DNA of 42,599 bases, from assembly GCA_965369845.1 (NCBI GenBank), contig CBDUSJ010000001.1:1-42599 (forward strand), written 5' to 3'. The DNA comes from an uncultured bacterium. Lineage in GTDB: Bacteria > Bacteroidota > Bacteroidia > Bacteroidales > 4484-276. The first letter of the stretch is position 1; every line of letters starts with the position of its first letter. Position numbers and translations under genes: made by a program. Of this stretch, positions 17,555-27,975 are shown one piece after another. The notes beneath the pieces were generated by a model. It worked only from the letters and a program-made list of their open reading frames with translations. It was not told the DNA's origin and did not search any database.

Positions 17555-17636
17555 AAAAAATCAAGGCAAAAATAACCTATTTATTAGAAAAAATCAAGGC
17601 AAACATTAATAAAAATATTAAAAAAGTCAAGGCAAA
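17555..17636. repeat. Three 16-bp direct repeats AAAAA(A/T/G)TCAAGGCAAA spaced exactly 33 bp apart
   Basis: Copies at 17555-17570, 17588-17603 and 17621-17636, located upstream of the truncated ATPase gene (minus strand) and downstream of purL. Confidence 0.85.
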
Positions 17637-17649
17637 GATAGAAAGTTGA

Positions 17650-17668
17650 AATCCATACGGACAAGTTT
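17650..17668. repeat. Solo copy of the 19-mer AATCCATACGGACAAGTTT, shared with the right arm of the 10.4-kb palindrome
   Basis: Identical 19 nt at 17650-17668 and 10411-10429. It lies 12 nt downstream of the purL stop codon. Confidence 0.85.
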
Positions 17669-17679
17669 AGAAAGGATGA

Positions 17680-20600
17680 TTAAATAATTTCCCCCATTTT
17701 TTTCTCAACCCATTTTCTTGCATTAACAAAAATTTCGAGCCAGGGTGTAAGTTCATCATCGGGCCTGCCCGGAGGATAATAGGCCCATTGCCAGGGCAGA
17801 ATTGCTCTTTCGGGATGAGGCATCATGGCAAGATGACGGCCATCGTCCGAACATATAGCTGCTGCTGAATAATCCGAGCCGTTCGGGTTAGCCGGATAAT
17901 TTTTATAAGAATATTTTACCGGAATTTTGTATTTACTTTCTTCGTAAGGCAAGCAAAATTTGCCTTCGCCATGGGCAACCCAAATACCGAGCCGGCTGCC
18001 GGTAAGCGATTTTAACATTACGGAATTATTATCCGGAATATCAACATTCAGGAAAGCCGATTCGAACTTCCCGGAATCATTGTGAAGCATTTTTGGTTTT
18101 TCCTTATGGTCGGGATTTATAAGCCCGAGTTCGATCATTAACTGACAACCGTTGCAAATTCCCAAACTTAATGTGTCTTTTCTCTTATAAAAATTGTCAA
18201 GCGCCTGCCTCGCTTTTTCATTATACAAAAATGCTCCTGCCCATCCTTTTGCCGACCCGAGCACATCGGAATTGGAAAATCCACCGACAAACACAATAAA
18301 GTTTACATCTTCAAGATTTTCCCTTCCGGCGATAAGGTCGGTTATATGAACATCTTTTACATCAAAACCTGCAAGATACATTGACCACGCCATTTCCCTG
18401 TCGCCGTTCACTCCTTTCTCACGGATTATTGCAGAGCGAACACCAGTGGAATTTCTGCGTTCGGGAGCAATGCCAAATTGCGAAAATCTTCCTGTAAAAT
18501 TTTTATTAAAACAAAATTCAAGCGGCTGGTTTTTATAATTCCTGTATCTTTTAAGTGCCAATTCGGGTTTTGTCTGGTTTCTCTCAAAAAGGTATGATGT
18601 TTTAAACCAAAGTTCTCTTAAGGAATTTATATCAAATTTATAATGTTCATCAAAATGTTTGATTGTAAGTTTTCTTTCATCCGTAGGGCTGCCGATATCT
18701 GAAAAAATAATCTCTCTATTTTTTAATATTTTAACCGCTTTCGCCTTATCTCTCACCTGGATGATTACGCCTGGATTTTCGCTAAAGGCTAATTTTATAA
18801 AATCCCTTTCATTCAAAGAAGTTAAATTTATATTCAGGCCGCCGTTTTTGTTTGCAAAAGTCATTTCCAAAAGTGTAGTTATCATCCCTCCTGCTGAGAT
18901 ATCATGTCCCGCCAGAATTATATTTTTTTCAATCAATTCCTGAATCGCAGCAAAACAATTGCTGAAATATTCGGCGCTTGTTATGTCCGGAGATTCGTTC
19001 CCAATTTCGTTAAGGGTCTGTGCAAAACTGCTTCCACCGAGCCGGTAATTCTCACCTGAAAAATTGATATAAATAATCGATGTATTTTTTTCGTTAATTA
19101 GAACAGGCGTAACGAGTTTACCAATATCCGATACTTCACCAACCGCTGAAATAATGACTGTTCCCGGCGCATAGACCTTTTCGCCAGTAGGATATTTTTG
19201 TGTCATCGACAGGGAATCTTTTCCGGTGGGAATATTTATCCCCAGCTTAATGGCAAAATCGCTAACAGCTTTTACAGCCAGATATAGCCGCGCATTTTCA
19301 CCTTCATTTCTTGCAGGCCACATCCAGTTGGCGCTCAGAGAAACGCCCCCAAGCCCTCCTTCGAGAGGAACAAACACTAAATTTGTTAAAGCCTCAGCCA
19401 CCGAAAGAACCGACCCTTTTGCTGGATCGATCAAAGCGCTTACCGGGGCATGGCCTATGGAAGTGGCGATACCTTTTTTTCCTCTGTAATCAAGAGAAAC
19501 AACGCCGGCATTATTTAATGGCAATTGTATTTCGCCGGCACATTGCTGCATGGCAATTTTTCCGGTAACCGAGCGGTCAACCTTATTTGTAAGCCAGTCT
19601 TTACACGCAACGGCTTCAATCTGAAGCACAGCTTCAAGATATTCTTCAACTTTTTCGGACCGATACTTCAGCTCACTGAATTTTTGTATGATAATTTTAT
19701 CTTCAAGAATTGTCTTTGGAGGCCTCCCAAACAGATCGGACAAGTTAAGGTTTATCGGGTTCAAATCTGAATTTTTATCTTCAAAAATAAATTTTTTATC
19801 CCCTGTTGCTTCTCCGACAACATAAGACGGCGCCCTTTCACGTTCGGCTATTCTTTGCATTAGCCCGATATTTTTTTCTTTTAAAATAAGTCCCATTCTT
19901 TCCTGCGACTCATTCCCGATTATTTCCTTATCCGACAATGTTGAATCGCCGATTGGAAGTTTATCCAGTTCAATCACAGCGCCTGTTTCCTCAACAAGCT
20001 CGGATAAACAGTTAAGATGTCCGCCGGCGCCATGATCGTGAATTGAAACTATTGGATTTTCGCCTGCTTCGATCATTGCCCTTATCGCATTAAAAACCCT
20101 TTTCTGCATTTCAGGATTTGACCTCTGAACGGCATTTAGTTCGATAGTGTTGGCATACTGCCCCGTAGCAACTGACGAAACAGCGCTTCCCCCCATTCCG
20201 ATGCGATAATTATCTCCACCCATAACAATAACTTTATCCCCCTTTTCGGGAAAATCTTTCAAACTGTCTTGCCGTTTTCCGAAACCAATGCCTCCCGCCA
20301 GCATTATCACTTTATCGTATCCGAATTTTTTGGATTCGCCGATATGTTCAAAAGTCAACAAACTTCCACAAATAAGCGGCTGCCCGAATTTATTTCCAAA
20401 ATCGCTGGCGCCATTCGAGGCTTTAATAAGAATGTCGAGCGGGGTTTGGTACAACCATTTTCTTGCTTCTGATTTTTCTTCCCATCCTTTTGAGTTATCG
20501 AGTCTTGGATAGGAGGTCATATAAACCGCTGTTCCCGCCATGGGGATGCTTCCCTTTCCTCCGGCCATCCTGTCGCGGATCTCCCCTCCCGATCCGGTTG

Positions 20601-21387
20601 CTGCTCCGTTGAAAGGTTCAACAGTTGTCGGGAAATTATGGGTTTCGGCTTTCAGGGATATCACAGTTTTAATATTTTTAACTTCAAAAAAATCAGCTTT
20701 ATCCTGCGACTTTTGAGCAAATTGTTCGACCACAGGCCCGCTGATGAAAGCCACATTATCTTTATATGCCGAAACGAGCCTGTTCGGATTTTTCTTTGAA
20801 GTATTTTTAATCATCGAAAACAAGGTCTCCGGCATTTTTTCACCATCGATAATAAATGTTCCGTTAAAAATCTTATGTCTGCAATGCTCCGAATTTACCT
20901 GTGCAAAACCATAAACCTCGCTGTCGGTGAGTTTACGGCCGAGTCGTTCGCAAAGCCGGATGAGATAATCAATTTCTTCATCACTCAGCGCCAAACCTTC
21001 TTTTTGATTAAATTCACTAATATTTTCTAAAAAGATTACCGGTTCAGCTTGTTTATCAATAAAAAAAATATTCCGGTCAAGTTTATCGTAAACGGCGTTT
21101 AGCATAGGGTCAAACTGAGGATCGCTTTTTTCAACCCGTGTAAATCTTTCAATCCGGTTAATTCCCTGAATGCCCATGTTTTGGGTAATTTCAACGGCAT
21201 TGGTACTCCAGGGAGTTATCATCTCTTTTCTTGGCCCGATAAAGCTTCCGGTGATTTTTTCTTGTTGAATATATTCGGCATTCCCGAATAACCATAGAAG
21301 TTTTTTCAGATCGGTTTTACTCGGCTTTACTTCTGAATCAACAACGTAAAATAAATCTTCAGTTCGAAAAAATAGTATCATCTTCAA
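17680..21387 (-). CDS. purL: Phosphoribosylformylglycinamidine synthase, single-chain large form
   Basis: 1235 aa with an N-terminal PurS-like region, FGAM synthase domains (SEHCRHKIFN, ETHNFPT) and a C-terminal glutamine amidotransferase domain (GICNGCQ). Confidence 0.95.
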   Translation of the reverse strand: MKMILFFRTEDLFYVVDSEVKPSKTDLKKLLWLFGNAEYIQQEKITGSFIGPRKEMITPWSTNAVEITQNMGIQGINRIERFTRVEKSDPQFDPMLNAVYDKLDRNIFFIDKQAEPVIFLENISEFNQKEGLALSDEEIDYLIRLCERLGRKLTDSEVYGFAQVNSEHCRHKIFNGTFIIDGEKMPETLFSMIKNTSKKNPNRLVSAYKDNVAFISGPVVEQFAQKSQDKADFFEVKNIKTVISLKAETHNFPTTVEPFNGAATGSGGEIRDRMAGGKGSIPMAGTAVYMTSYPRLDNSKGWEEKSEARKWLYQTPLDILIKASNGASDFGNKFGQPLICGSLLTFEHIGESKKFGYDKVIMLAGGIGFGKRQDSLKDFPEKGDKVIVMGGDNYRIGMGGSAVSSVATGQYANTIELNAVQRSNPEMQKRVFNAIRAMIEAGENPIVSIHDHGAGGHLNCLSELVEETGAVIELDKLPIGDSTLSDKEIIGNESQERMGLILKEKNIGLMQRIAERERAPSYVVGEATGDKKFIFEDKNSDLNPINLNLSDLFGRPPKTILEDKIIIQKFSELKYRSEKVEEYLEAVLQIEAVACKDWLTNKVDRSVTGKIAMQQCAGEIQLPLNNAGVVSLDYRGKKGIATSIGHAPVSALIDPAKGSVLSVAEALTNLVFVPLEGGLGGVSLSANWMWPARNEGENARLYLAVKAVSDFAIKLGINIPTGKDSLSMTQKYPTGEKVYAPGTVIISAVGEVSDIGKLVTPVLINEKNTSIIYINFSGENYRLGGSSFAQTLNEIGNESPDITSAEYFSNCFAAIQELIEKNIILAGHDISAGGMITTLLEMTFANKNGGLNINLTSLNERDFIKLAFSENPGVIIQVRDKAKAVKILKNREIIFSDIGSPTDERKLTIKHFDEHYKFDINSLRELWFKTSYLFERNQTKPELALKRYRNYKNQPLEFCFNKNFTGRFSQFGIAPERRNSTGVRSAIIREKGVNGDREMAWSMYLAGFDVKDVHITDLIAGRENLEDVNFIVFVGGFSNSDVLGSAKGWAGAFLYNEKARQALDNFYKRKDTLSLGICNGCQLMIELGLINPDHKEKPKMLHNDSGKFESAFLNVDIPDNNSVMLKSLTGSRLGIWVAHGEGKFCLPYEESKYKIPVKYSYKNYPANPNGSDYSAAAICSDDGRHLAMMPHPERAILPWQWAYYPPGRPDDELTPWLEIFVNARKWVEKKMGEII

Positions 21388-21429
21388 TAACTTAATGACT
21401 TTGTAGATTAATTATTTCCAGCTTATTTG

Positions 21430-23352
21430 TTAATTTATTTCACGTCGATCAAACATTTTATGGATTATTTGGTTAAACTCGGAAAAGTTAAAGGGTTTTG
21501 TCATAAAATCATTCATGCCTGCTTTCAAACATTTATTCTGATCTTCATTAGTTGCATTGGCTGTAAGTGCAATAATTTTTGTTTTCTTGTCGTCAGGAAG
21601 GTCTTTTTCGTAATTTCTGATTTGCCTCGTAGCTTCAAAACCGTCCATCACAGGCATTTGCAAATCCATAATTATTAGCCTGTAATTATTATCTTTAAAC
21701 ATTTCAAAAGCTTCAAGTCCGTTACCGGCAAGGTCGAAATTTATGTTATTTCTTTTCAGCGTGGCGCTCATAACTTTCTGATTAAGTAAGTTATCTTCCA
21801 CAATAAGAAATTTCAATTTATCGTCATTTTTTTCAATGATTTTAGGTTCATGTTCAAGTTCCAGGACGAACCAGAAATTTGTTCCCTTTTTAATTTCACT
21901 TTCGAAGCCTATTGTGCCGCCCATCATTTCACAGAGACGTTTTGAGATTGCGAGGCCAAGACCGGTTCCGCCATAATTCTGTGAAATTGTCGGGTCGCTT
22001 TGTTCGAAATAATTAAAAATATGTTCCCTGGCTCCTTCAGATATTCCGATACCAGTATCCGAAACAGTAAACCTGAATTTTGATTTTGTTTCCGTTTCTT
22101 CAAACGTTTCAACAGCAAATTTAATACTACCCTTTTTTGTGAATTTTAAAGCATTATTTATCAGATTGGCAATAATCTGAACTATTCTCAGCGAGTCGCC
22201 GTTTATTTTTTTCGGGACATTCGGGTCGATTTTGCATGTTAATGTGTTTCCCTTCTTTTGGGCATCTATTTTGTATAATCTAATAATACTATTGATTTCA
22301 TCATGAAGATTGAACCAGATTTTCTGTATTTTGATCTGGTTGGCTTCAATTTTTGAAAGGTCAAGTATTTCGTTAATTATCTCAAGAAGTTTTCTTCCTG
22401 AATGCTGAATAACTTCAACGTCTTCCTTTTGATCCTCATCCAGGTTGGTTTCCAATAATACTTCAATCATTCCGAGGATCGAATTCATTGGAGTTCTGAT
22501 TTCGTGGCTCATATTTGCCAGAAAATTTGATTTCGACTGTGTTACTTCTTCTGCTTTTTGTTTGGCAATTATAACTTCTTCGCTGGTTTTTTTTTCTTTA
22601 GTAATGTCTCTCATAACCAACTGATAGCCGACATGTTTATAATTGGCATCATAAAGCGCTCTTATTATTGTTGACACCCAAATTTGTTTTCCTTGTGAAA
22701 CATTCAACCGGTGGTGAATTTTGATTATTGAATTTGTTGGGTTTAAAATTCCCAATGATTTGTTAAATTTCCCCAAATCGTTATTATCAACCCAGTTCAG
22801 GATATTCTGGCCTTTAATTGATTCGAATGTTTTTGTAAATGCAATAAGCAAAGCTCGGTTAGCGAAATTTATATAAAAGTTGCTGTCGATACGGCAAATA
22901 AGGTCGGTTTGATCCTGAACAATATTTTGGAATTCCTTTTTCGATTGTATTAGCTCATTTTTAATACGGTCGAGGTCAAGGAAAATTGACGCTTTACCTA
23001 AAAGGACTTCCTTGTTAAATGGTTTTGTAATATAATCCACAGCCCCTGTGCGATATCCTTTATAAATGCTGTTATTGTCGAAATATACCGCAGTAATAAA
23101 AATTATCGGTGTGTGTTGATTACGTCTTCCCTGTCTTATTCTTTCGGCTGTTTCAAAACCATCCATATCCGGCATTTGTACATCAAGCATGATAAGGGCG
23201 AAATCGTATTGTCTCACTTTTAGTAACGCATCCTGGCCACTCTGAACACAATACATTTCGGCATTCAGACTTTTTAAATTACCTTTAAGAGTAATTAAAT
23301 TTTCTTCTATATCGTCAACTAAGAGTATTTTTGGGGTATAAACTAAGTCCAT
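21430..23352 (-). CDS. Hybrid sensor histidine kinase with receiver domains at both ends (REC-PAS-HisKA-HATPase-REC)
   Basis: N-terminal REC (ILLVDDIEEN...MLDVQMPDMDGF), PAS-like region, H-box FLANMSHEIRTPMNSILG, G-boxes (DTGIGI, GGTGLGLAISK), C-terminal REC (FLIVEDNLLNQ...MDLQMPVMDGF). Confidence 0.9.
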   Translation of the reverse strand: MDLVYTPKILLVDDIEENLITLKGNLKSLNAEMYCVQSGQDALLKVRQYDFALIMLDVQMPDMDGFETAERIRQGRRNQHTPIIFITAVYFDNNSIYKGYRTGAVDYITKPFNKEVLLGKASIFLDLDRIKNELIQSKKEFQNIVQDQTDLICRIDSNFYINFANRALLIAFTKTFESIKGQNILNWVDNNDLGKFNKSLGILNPTNSIIKIHHRLNVSQGKQIWVSTIIRALYDANYKHVGYQLVMRDITKEKKTSEEVIIAKQKAEEVTQSKSNFLANMSHEIRTPMNSILGMIEVLLETNLDEDQKEDVEVIQHSGRKLLEIINEILDLSKIEANQIKIQKIWFNLHDEINSIIRLYKIDAQKKGNTLTCKIDPNVPKKINGDSLRIVQIIANLINNALKFTKKGSIKFAVETFEETETKSKFRFTVSDTGIGISEGAREHIFNYFEQSDPTISQNYGGTGLGLAISKRLCEMMGGTIGFESEIKKGTNFWFVLELEHEPKIIEKNDDKLKFLIVEDNLLNQKVMSATLKRNNINFDLAGNGLEAFEMFKDNNYRLIIMDLQMPVMDGFEATRQIRNYEKDLPDDKKTKIIALTANATNEDQNKCLKAGMNDFMTKPFNFSEFNQIIHKMFDRREIN

Positions 23353-23602
23353 CTGATAATTGATTTTTTCTTATTCTTTAATACTATCAAAATTTTTACA
23401 AAATTACATAAAAACCTGATATCTCAAATCCTTTGCTAAAATATGAAATTAAACGCAGGTTTTATATAATAATGTTTTTTTGATAAATAAATTTTGTCAG
23501 TAGATAAGAAAGTTGGAATTTTGCATGCTGAAAATTTTTTTGTGAAATAATGCAAAAGGCTACAATTTGCGTTTTTTATAACTTTAAACAGTATAAATTA
23601 AT

Positions 23603-23677
23603 GGCCCCATAGTTCAAGGGATAGAATGGAAGTTTCCTAAACTTTAGATCCAGGTTCGAGTCCTGGTGGGGCTACCA
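23603..23677 (+). tRNA. tRNA-Arg (anticodon CCT), CCA encoded
   Basis: Manual cloverleaf: acceptor GGCCCCA/TGGGGCT, D arm GTTC-AAGGGATA-GAAT, anticodon arm GAAGT-TTCCTAA-ACTTT, T arm CCAGG-TTCGAGT-CCTGG, discriminator A plus CCA. Confidence 0.9.
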
Positions 23678-23850
23678 AATACACGGTTTAAAATCCTTAT
23701 ATTTTCACATTTTTTCTTTTCGTTCCAATTTCTTTCATTAGTTTGGGTGAGAACGATTAGTAAAACACTATAAAAAAGTTGTAGGTAAGCTGTGAGAACA
23801 TACTGTTTCAAATTCATATAATTTTCGTAATTTTAGGAAAAATTAAAATA

Positions 23851-24171
23851 ATGATTAATAAAACCAAAATATTAATAGACCTAAAAAGTCATTTAATTAA
23901 GAACTACGGCAATTCTGTAAAAGATGTTATTTTGTTTGGTTCTCAAGCACGTGGCGACTCTAAGAAATATTCCGATTATGATGTTTTAATTGTATTAGAA
24001 AAAGATTATTCGGGCAAAGATGAAAATCAAATTTTGGATTTGTGTTATGATATTGATTTGAAATATGACATTCTTTTAGATGTTCATTTATTATCAAGTA
24101 ACGAGATGAAATCTATTCGAGGGAAACAACCTGTTTTTGTAAATGCTATTAAATCTGGGATATACGCATGA
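23851..24171 (+). CDS. Nucleotidyltransferase-domain protein (MNT-type antitoxin of an MNT-HEPN module)
   Basis: LFGSQARGDSKKYSDYDVLIV matches the GS-x-ARG...D-x-D minimal nucleotidyltransferase motif. 4-nt ATGA overlap with the downstream HEPN gene. Confidence 0.85.
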   Translation: MINKTKILIDLKSHLIKNYGNSVKDVILFGSQARGDSKKYSDYDVLIVLEKDYSGKDENQILDLCYDIDLKYDILLDVHLLSSNEMKSIRGKQPVFVNAIKSGIYA

Positions 24172-24569
24172 CAATAGAAAGAAACGACAGAAAAAGTTTA
24201 ATTAATTATCGGTTGGAGAAGGCAGAAGAAATGATTTTAGATGTTCAATTATTAATTGAGAATGATAGATTACGTTCGGCGGTTAATCGGATTTATTATG
24301 GGATGTTTTATTCTCTATTGGCATTAGGATTAGCAAATCAATTTGAGACATCGAAACATGTCCAACTGATTGGTTGGTTCAATAAGAATTTCATCCGTGA
24401 GGGTTTAATAGATTCAAAATATGGTAAAATAATCAACAAAGCATTTAACCGGAGAACTACAGGAGATTATGACACCTATATTGAATTCGAGAAGGACATT
24501 GTATTTGAGATGTTCAATGAAATGCAAGATTTTATATCGGAAATCAAATCATACCTAAAAATTGATTGA
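24168..24569 (+). CDS. HEPN-domain protein (putative toxin partner of the MNT-HEPN module)
   Basis: 133-aa all-helical protein with the RIYYGMFYSLLAL and NRRTTGDYD segments typical of HEPN (PF05168-like) partners of MNT genes. Translationally coupled to the MNT gene. Confidence 0.8.
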   Translation: MTIERNDRKSLINYRLEKAEEMILDVQLLIENDRLRSAVNRIYYGMFYSLLALGLANQFETSKHVQLIGWFNKNFIREGLIDSKYGKIINKAFNRRTTGDYDTYIEFEKDIVFEMFNEMQDFISEIKSYLKID

Positions 24570-24774
24570 AAATAGCCAGCCTACAACAGCACCTATAACA
24601 AATAGCCGCTGTTCTTACTTCGTAGAAAAATTAATTAGTAAATTGAAAAATATAAGTAATTAAGAAAATTAATACGTAAAAAAGCGGCACGCAACATAGC
24701 TGCGAACAGTTATTGTACTTATCGAAAAAAACAAAACCGAATTCAACAAACTAACGCAAGGAATCGAAAAAATC

Positions 24775-24805
24775 TTGACATGTGTTATCTTTTATGATAA
24801 CTTTG
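24775..24805 (+). promoter_or_regulatory. Putative promoter with an embedded operator palindrome upstream of the RelE/Gp49-like-XRE pair
   Basis: TTGACA at 24775-24780. Inverted repeat GTTATC-N6-GATAAC at 24784-24801. TAACTTTG (TAnnTTTG) at 24798-24805, only 4 nt before ATG 24810, so the mRNA may be leaderless. Confidence 0.45.
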
Positions 24806-24809
24806 CAAA

Positions 24810-25145
24810 ATGGTAAGAAAGATTGAATTTTATAAAGACTACTTCACTGAATTTTATTCAAAACAAAATGAACGAGTTCAAGAAAAGATTGAATATGTTT
24901 TCAAATTGATAAGACATGTTGAAAGAATACCTAAGAAATTTTTTCAACATTTAACTTCAACTGACGGTCTTTATGAAATACGAATTGAGTACCAATCTAA
25001 TATTTATAGAATTTTCTGTTTCTTTGATAAAGGAAGATTAGTTGTTTTATTGAATTGATTTGAAAAAAAGACAAGAAAAATCCCCAGGAAAGAAATAGAA
25101 TTGGCAGAAAAACTAAAACAAGAATATTTTAACGAAAAAAAGTAG
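24810..25145 (+). pseudogene. RelE/ParE-superfamily toxin (phage Gp49-like / HigB-like) inactivated by an in-frame TGA at 25056-25058
   Basis: The N-terminal 82 aa end ...YEIRIEYQSNIYRIFCFFDKGRLVVLLN*. The same frame continues FEKKTRKIPRKEIELAEKLKQEYFNEKK*. Family members read ..LLNGFQKKTQKTP.. at this point, so the stop replaces a Gly codon (GGA to TGA). Confidence 0.75.
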
Positions 25146-25149
25146 CGCA

Positions 25150-25449
25150 ATGAAAAATTTTAAAGGGATTAAAGATTTCGATGAACTCTTAAATAAAAAA
25201 TACGGAAAAGTTGGAACTGAAAAACGAAATGATTTTGAGGAACGTGCTCACATGTTCATAATTAGTGAAATGTTAAAAGAAGCAAGAAAAGAGGCAAAAA
25301 TAACACAAGAGCAACTTGCTATAAAAGCAGGAACAAAGAAAAGTTACATATCAAAACTTGAAAATGCAAAAGGGAATATTCAACTTTCAACCTTGATTAG
25401 AATATTTGAAACAGGACTTGGAAAAAGGATTGGACTAACATTTATGTAA
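25150..25449 (+). CDS. XRE-family helix-turn-helix antitoxin/transcriptional regulator (HigA-like)
   Basis: HTH_3 segment ITQEQLAIKAGTKKSYISKLENAKGNIQLSTLIRI. Sits 4 nt downstream of the toxin reading frame. Confidence 0.85.
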   Translation: MKNFKGIKDFDELLNKKYGKVGTEKRNDFEERAHMFIISEMLKEARKEAKITQEQLAIKAGTKKSYISKLENAKGNIQLSTLIRIFETGLGKRIGLTFM

Positions 25450-25644
25450 TAAATACGCATCATAACAAAGACTCATAGCATCAAACATTGAACGAAACCG
25501 TTCCATATCGGATGCAGCAATTTTTTATTATATTTTTAGGATTAATTATTAACTTAAAATATAACAAAAATGAAAAAAAAGATGATTCGTTAAAAGAACG
25601 TATGCTCCTTATAATTAGACCGGCAAGAATTTATTGAAAAATAT

Positions 25645-25680
25645 AAAAAATGGAGCAAATTAAACTTGCTCCATTTTTTA
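25645..25680. terminator. Bidirectional intrinsic terminator immediately downstream of tRNA-Pro
   Basis: 8-bp stem TGGAGCAA/TTGCTCCA with a 7-nt loop, flanked by A6 (25645-25650) and T6 (25674-25679). Confidence 0.7.
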
Positions 25681-25682
25681 TG

Positions 25683-25756
25683 TCGGAGTGGCGAGACTCG
25701 AACTCGCGACCTCTAGTCCCCCAGACTAGCACGCTAACCAACTGCGCCACACCCCG
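25683..25756 (-). tRNA. tRNA-Pro (anticodon GGG), CCA not encoded
   Basis: Manual cloverleaf on the minus strand: acceptor CGGGGTG/CACTCCG, D arm GCGC-AGTTGGTTA-GCGT, anticodon arm CTAGT-CTGGGGG-ACTAG, T arm GCGAG-TTCGAGT-CTCGC, discriminator A. Confidence 0.9.
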
Positions 25757-25949
25757 ATAAAATTATTAAATAACCGGTTTTTTAAACTGACTGCAAATAT
25801 AGTATATCCTTTTTTACCGAAAATAAATTATTGGGAATATTTTTACCGTGATACCTGAAATTGAAAATGATTTTTATTTTTTAATGATGCAAAAATTGAC
25901 TTAAAACTTTAGCTCACTTCAGATTAAAAAAAACGATAATATTAAAATA

Positions 25950-26082
25950 GGGTGTTCACGCCCTTCAAAAAAAATCGTTCTTCAATAAAATTTATAGTAG
26001 TTCAAAAGGGCATAAATGCCCTGAAACCGTTCTTTCATCATTTTAATCCCAGCCATGAATGGCCGGGCTATGGATTTCATGG
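25950..26082. other. Cluster of three short GC-rich tetraloop hairpins in an AT-rich spacer upstream of the atp operon
   Basis: GGGTG-TTCA-CGCCC (25950-25963), GGGCA-TAAA-TGCCC (26008-26021) and CCCAGCCA-TGAA-TGGCCGGG (26048-26067, one mismatch). An alternative 7-bp pairing exists between CCATGAA (26053-26059) and TTCATGG (26076-26082). Confidence 0.5.
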
Positions 26083-26137
26083 ACACCAGAAGAATTTGTA
26101 AATCATTTACTCAACTCATTCATATTAAAAAAAATAA

Positions 26138-27945
<1,808 letters not shown>

Positions 27946-27975
27946 TATTTCCCGACAGGAAATGATAAAATAAAA

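Noticed and set aside
24580-24715. Integron attC-like site or gene-cassette organisation of the TA modules
   Set aside because: Only one candidate R''-L''...L'-R' fold could be drawn, and its R boxes deviate from RYYYAAC/GTTRRRY. No comparable structure follows the XRE gene. An 8-bp inverted match between two ~150-bp spacers is roughly at chance expectation. No intI gene is present. It is mentioned under the islet finding only as something to test, for example with IntegronFinder attC covariance models.
25570-25593. Tiny ORF MKKKMIR* in the XRE to tRNA-Pro spacer
   Set aside because: It is 7 codons long in an A-rich tract, with no supporting signal.
23603-25756. Classical integrase-mediated genomic island or prophage inserted at a tRNA
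   Set aside because: No integrase or recombinase ORF is present, I could find no direct repeat of the tRNA-Arg or tRNA-Pro 3' end, and the interval is only ~2 kb.
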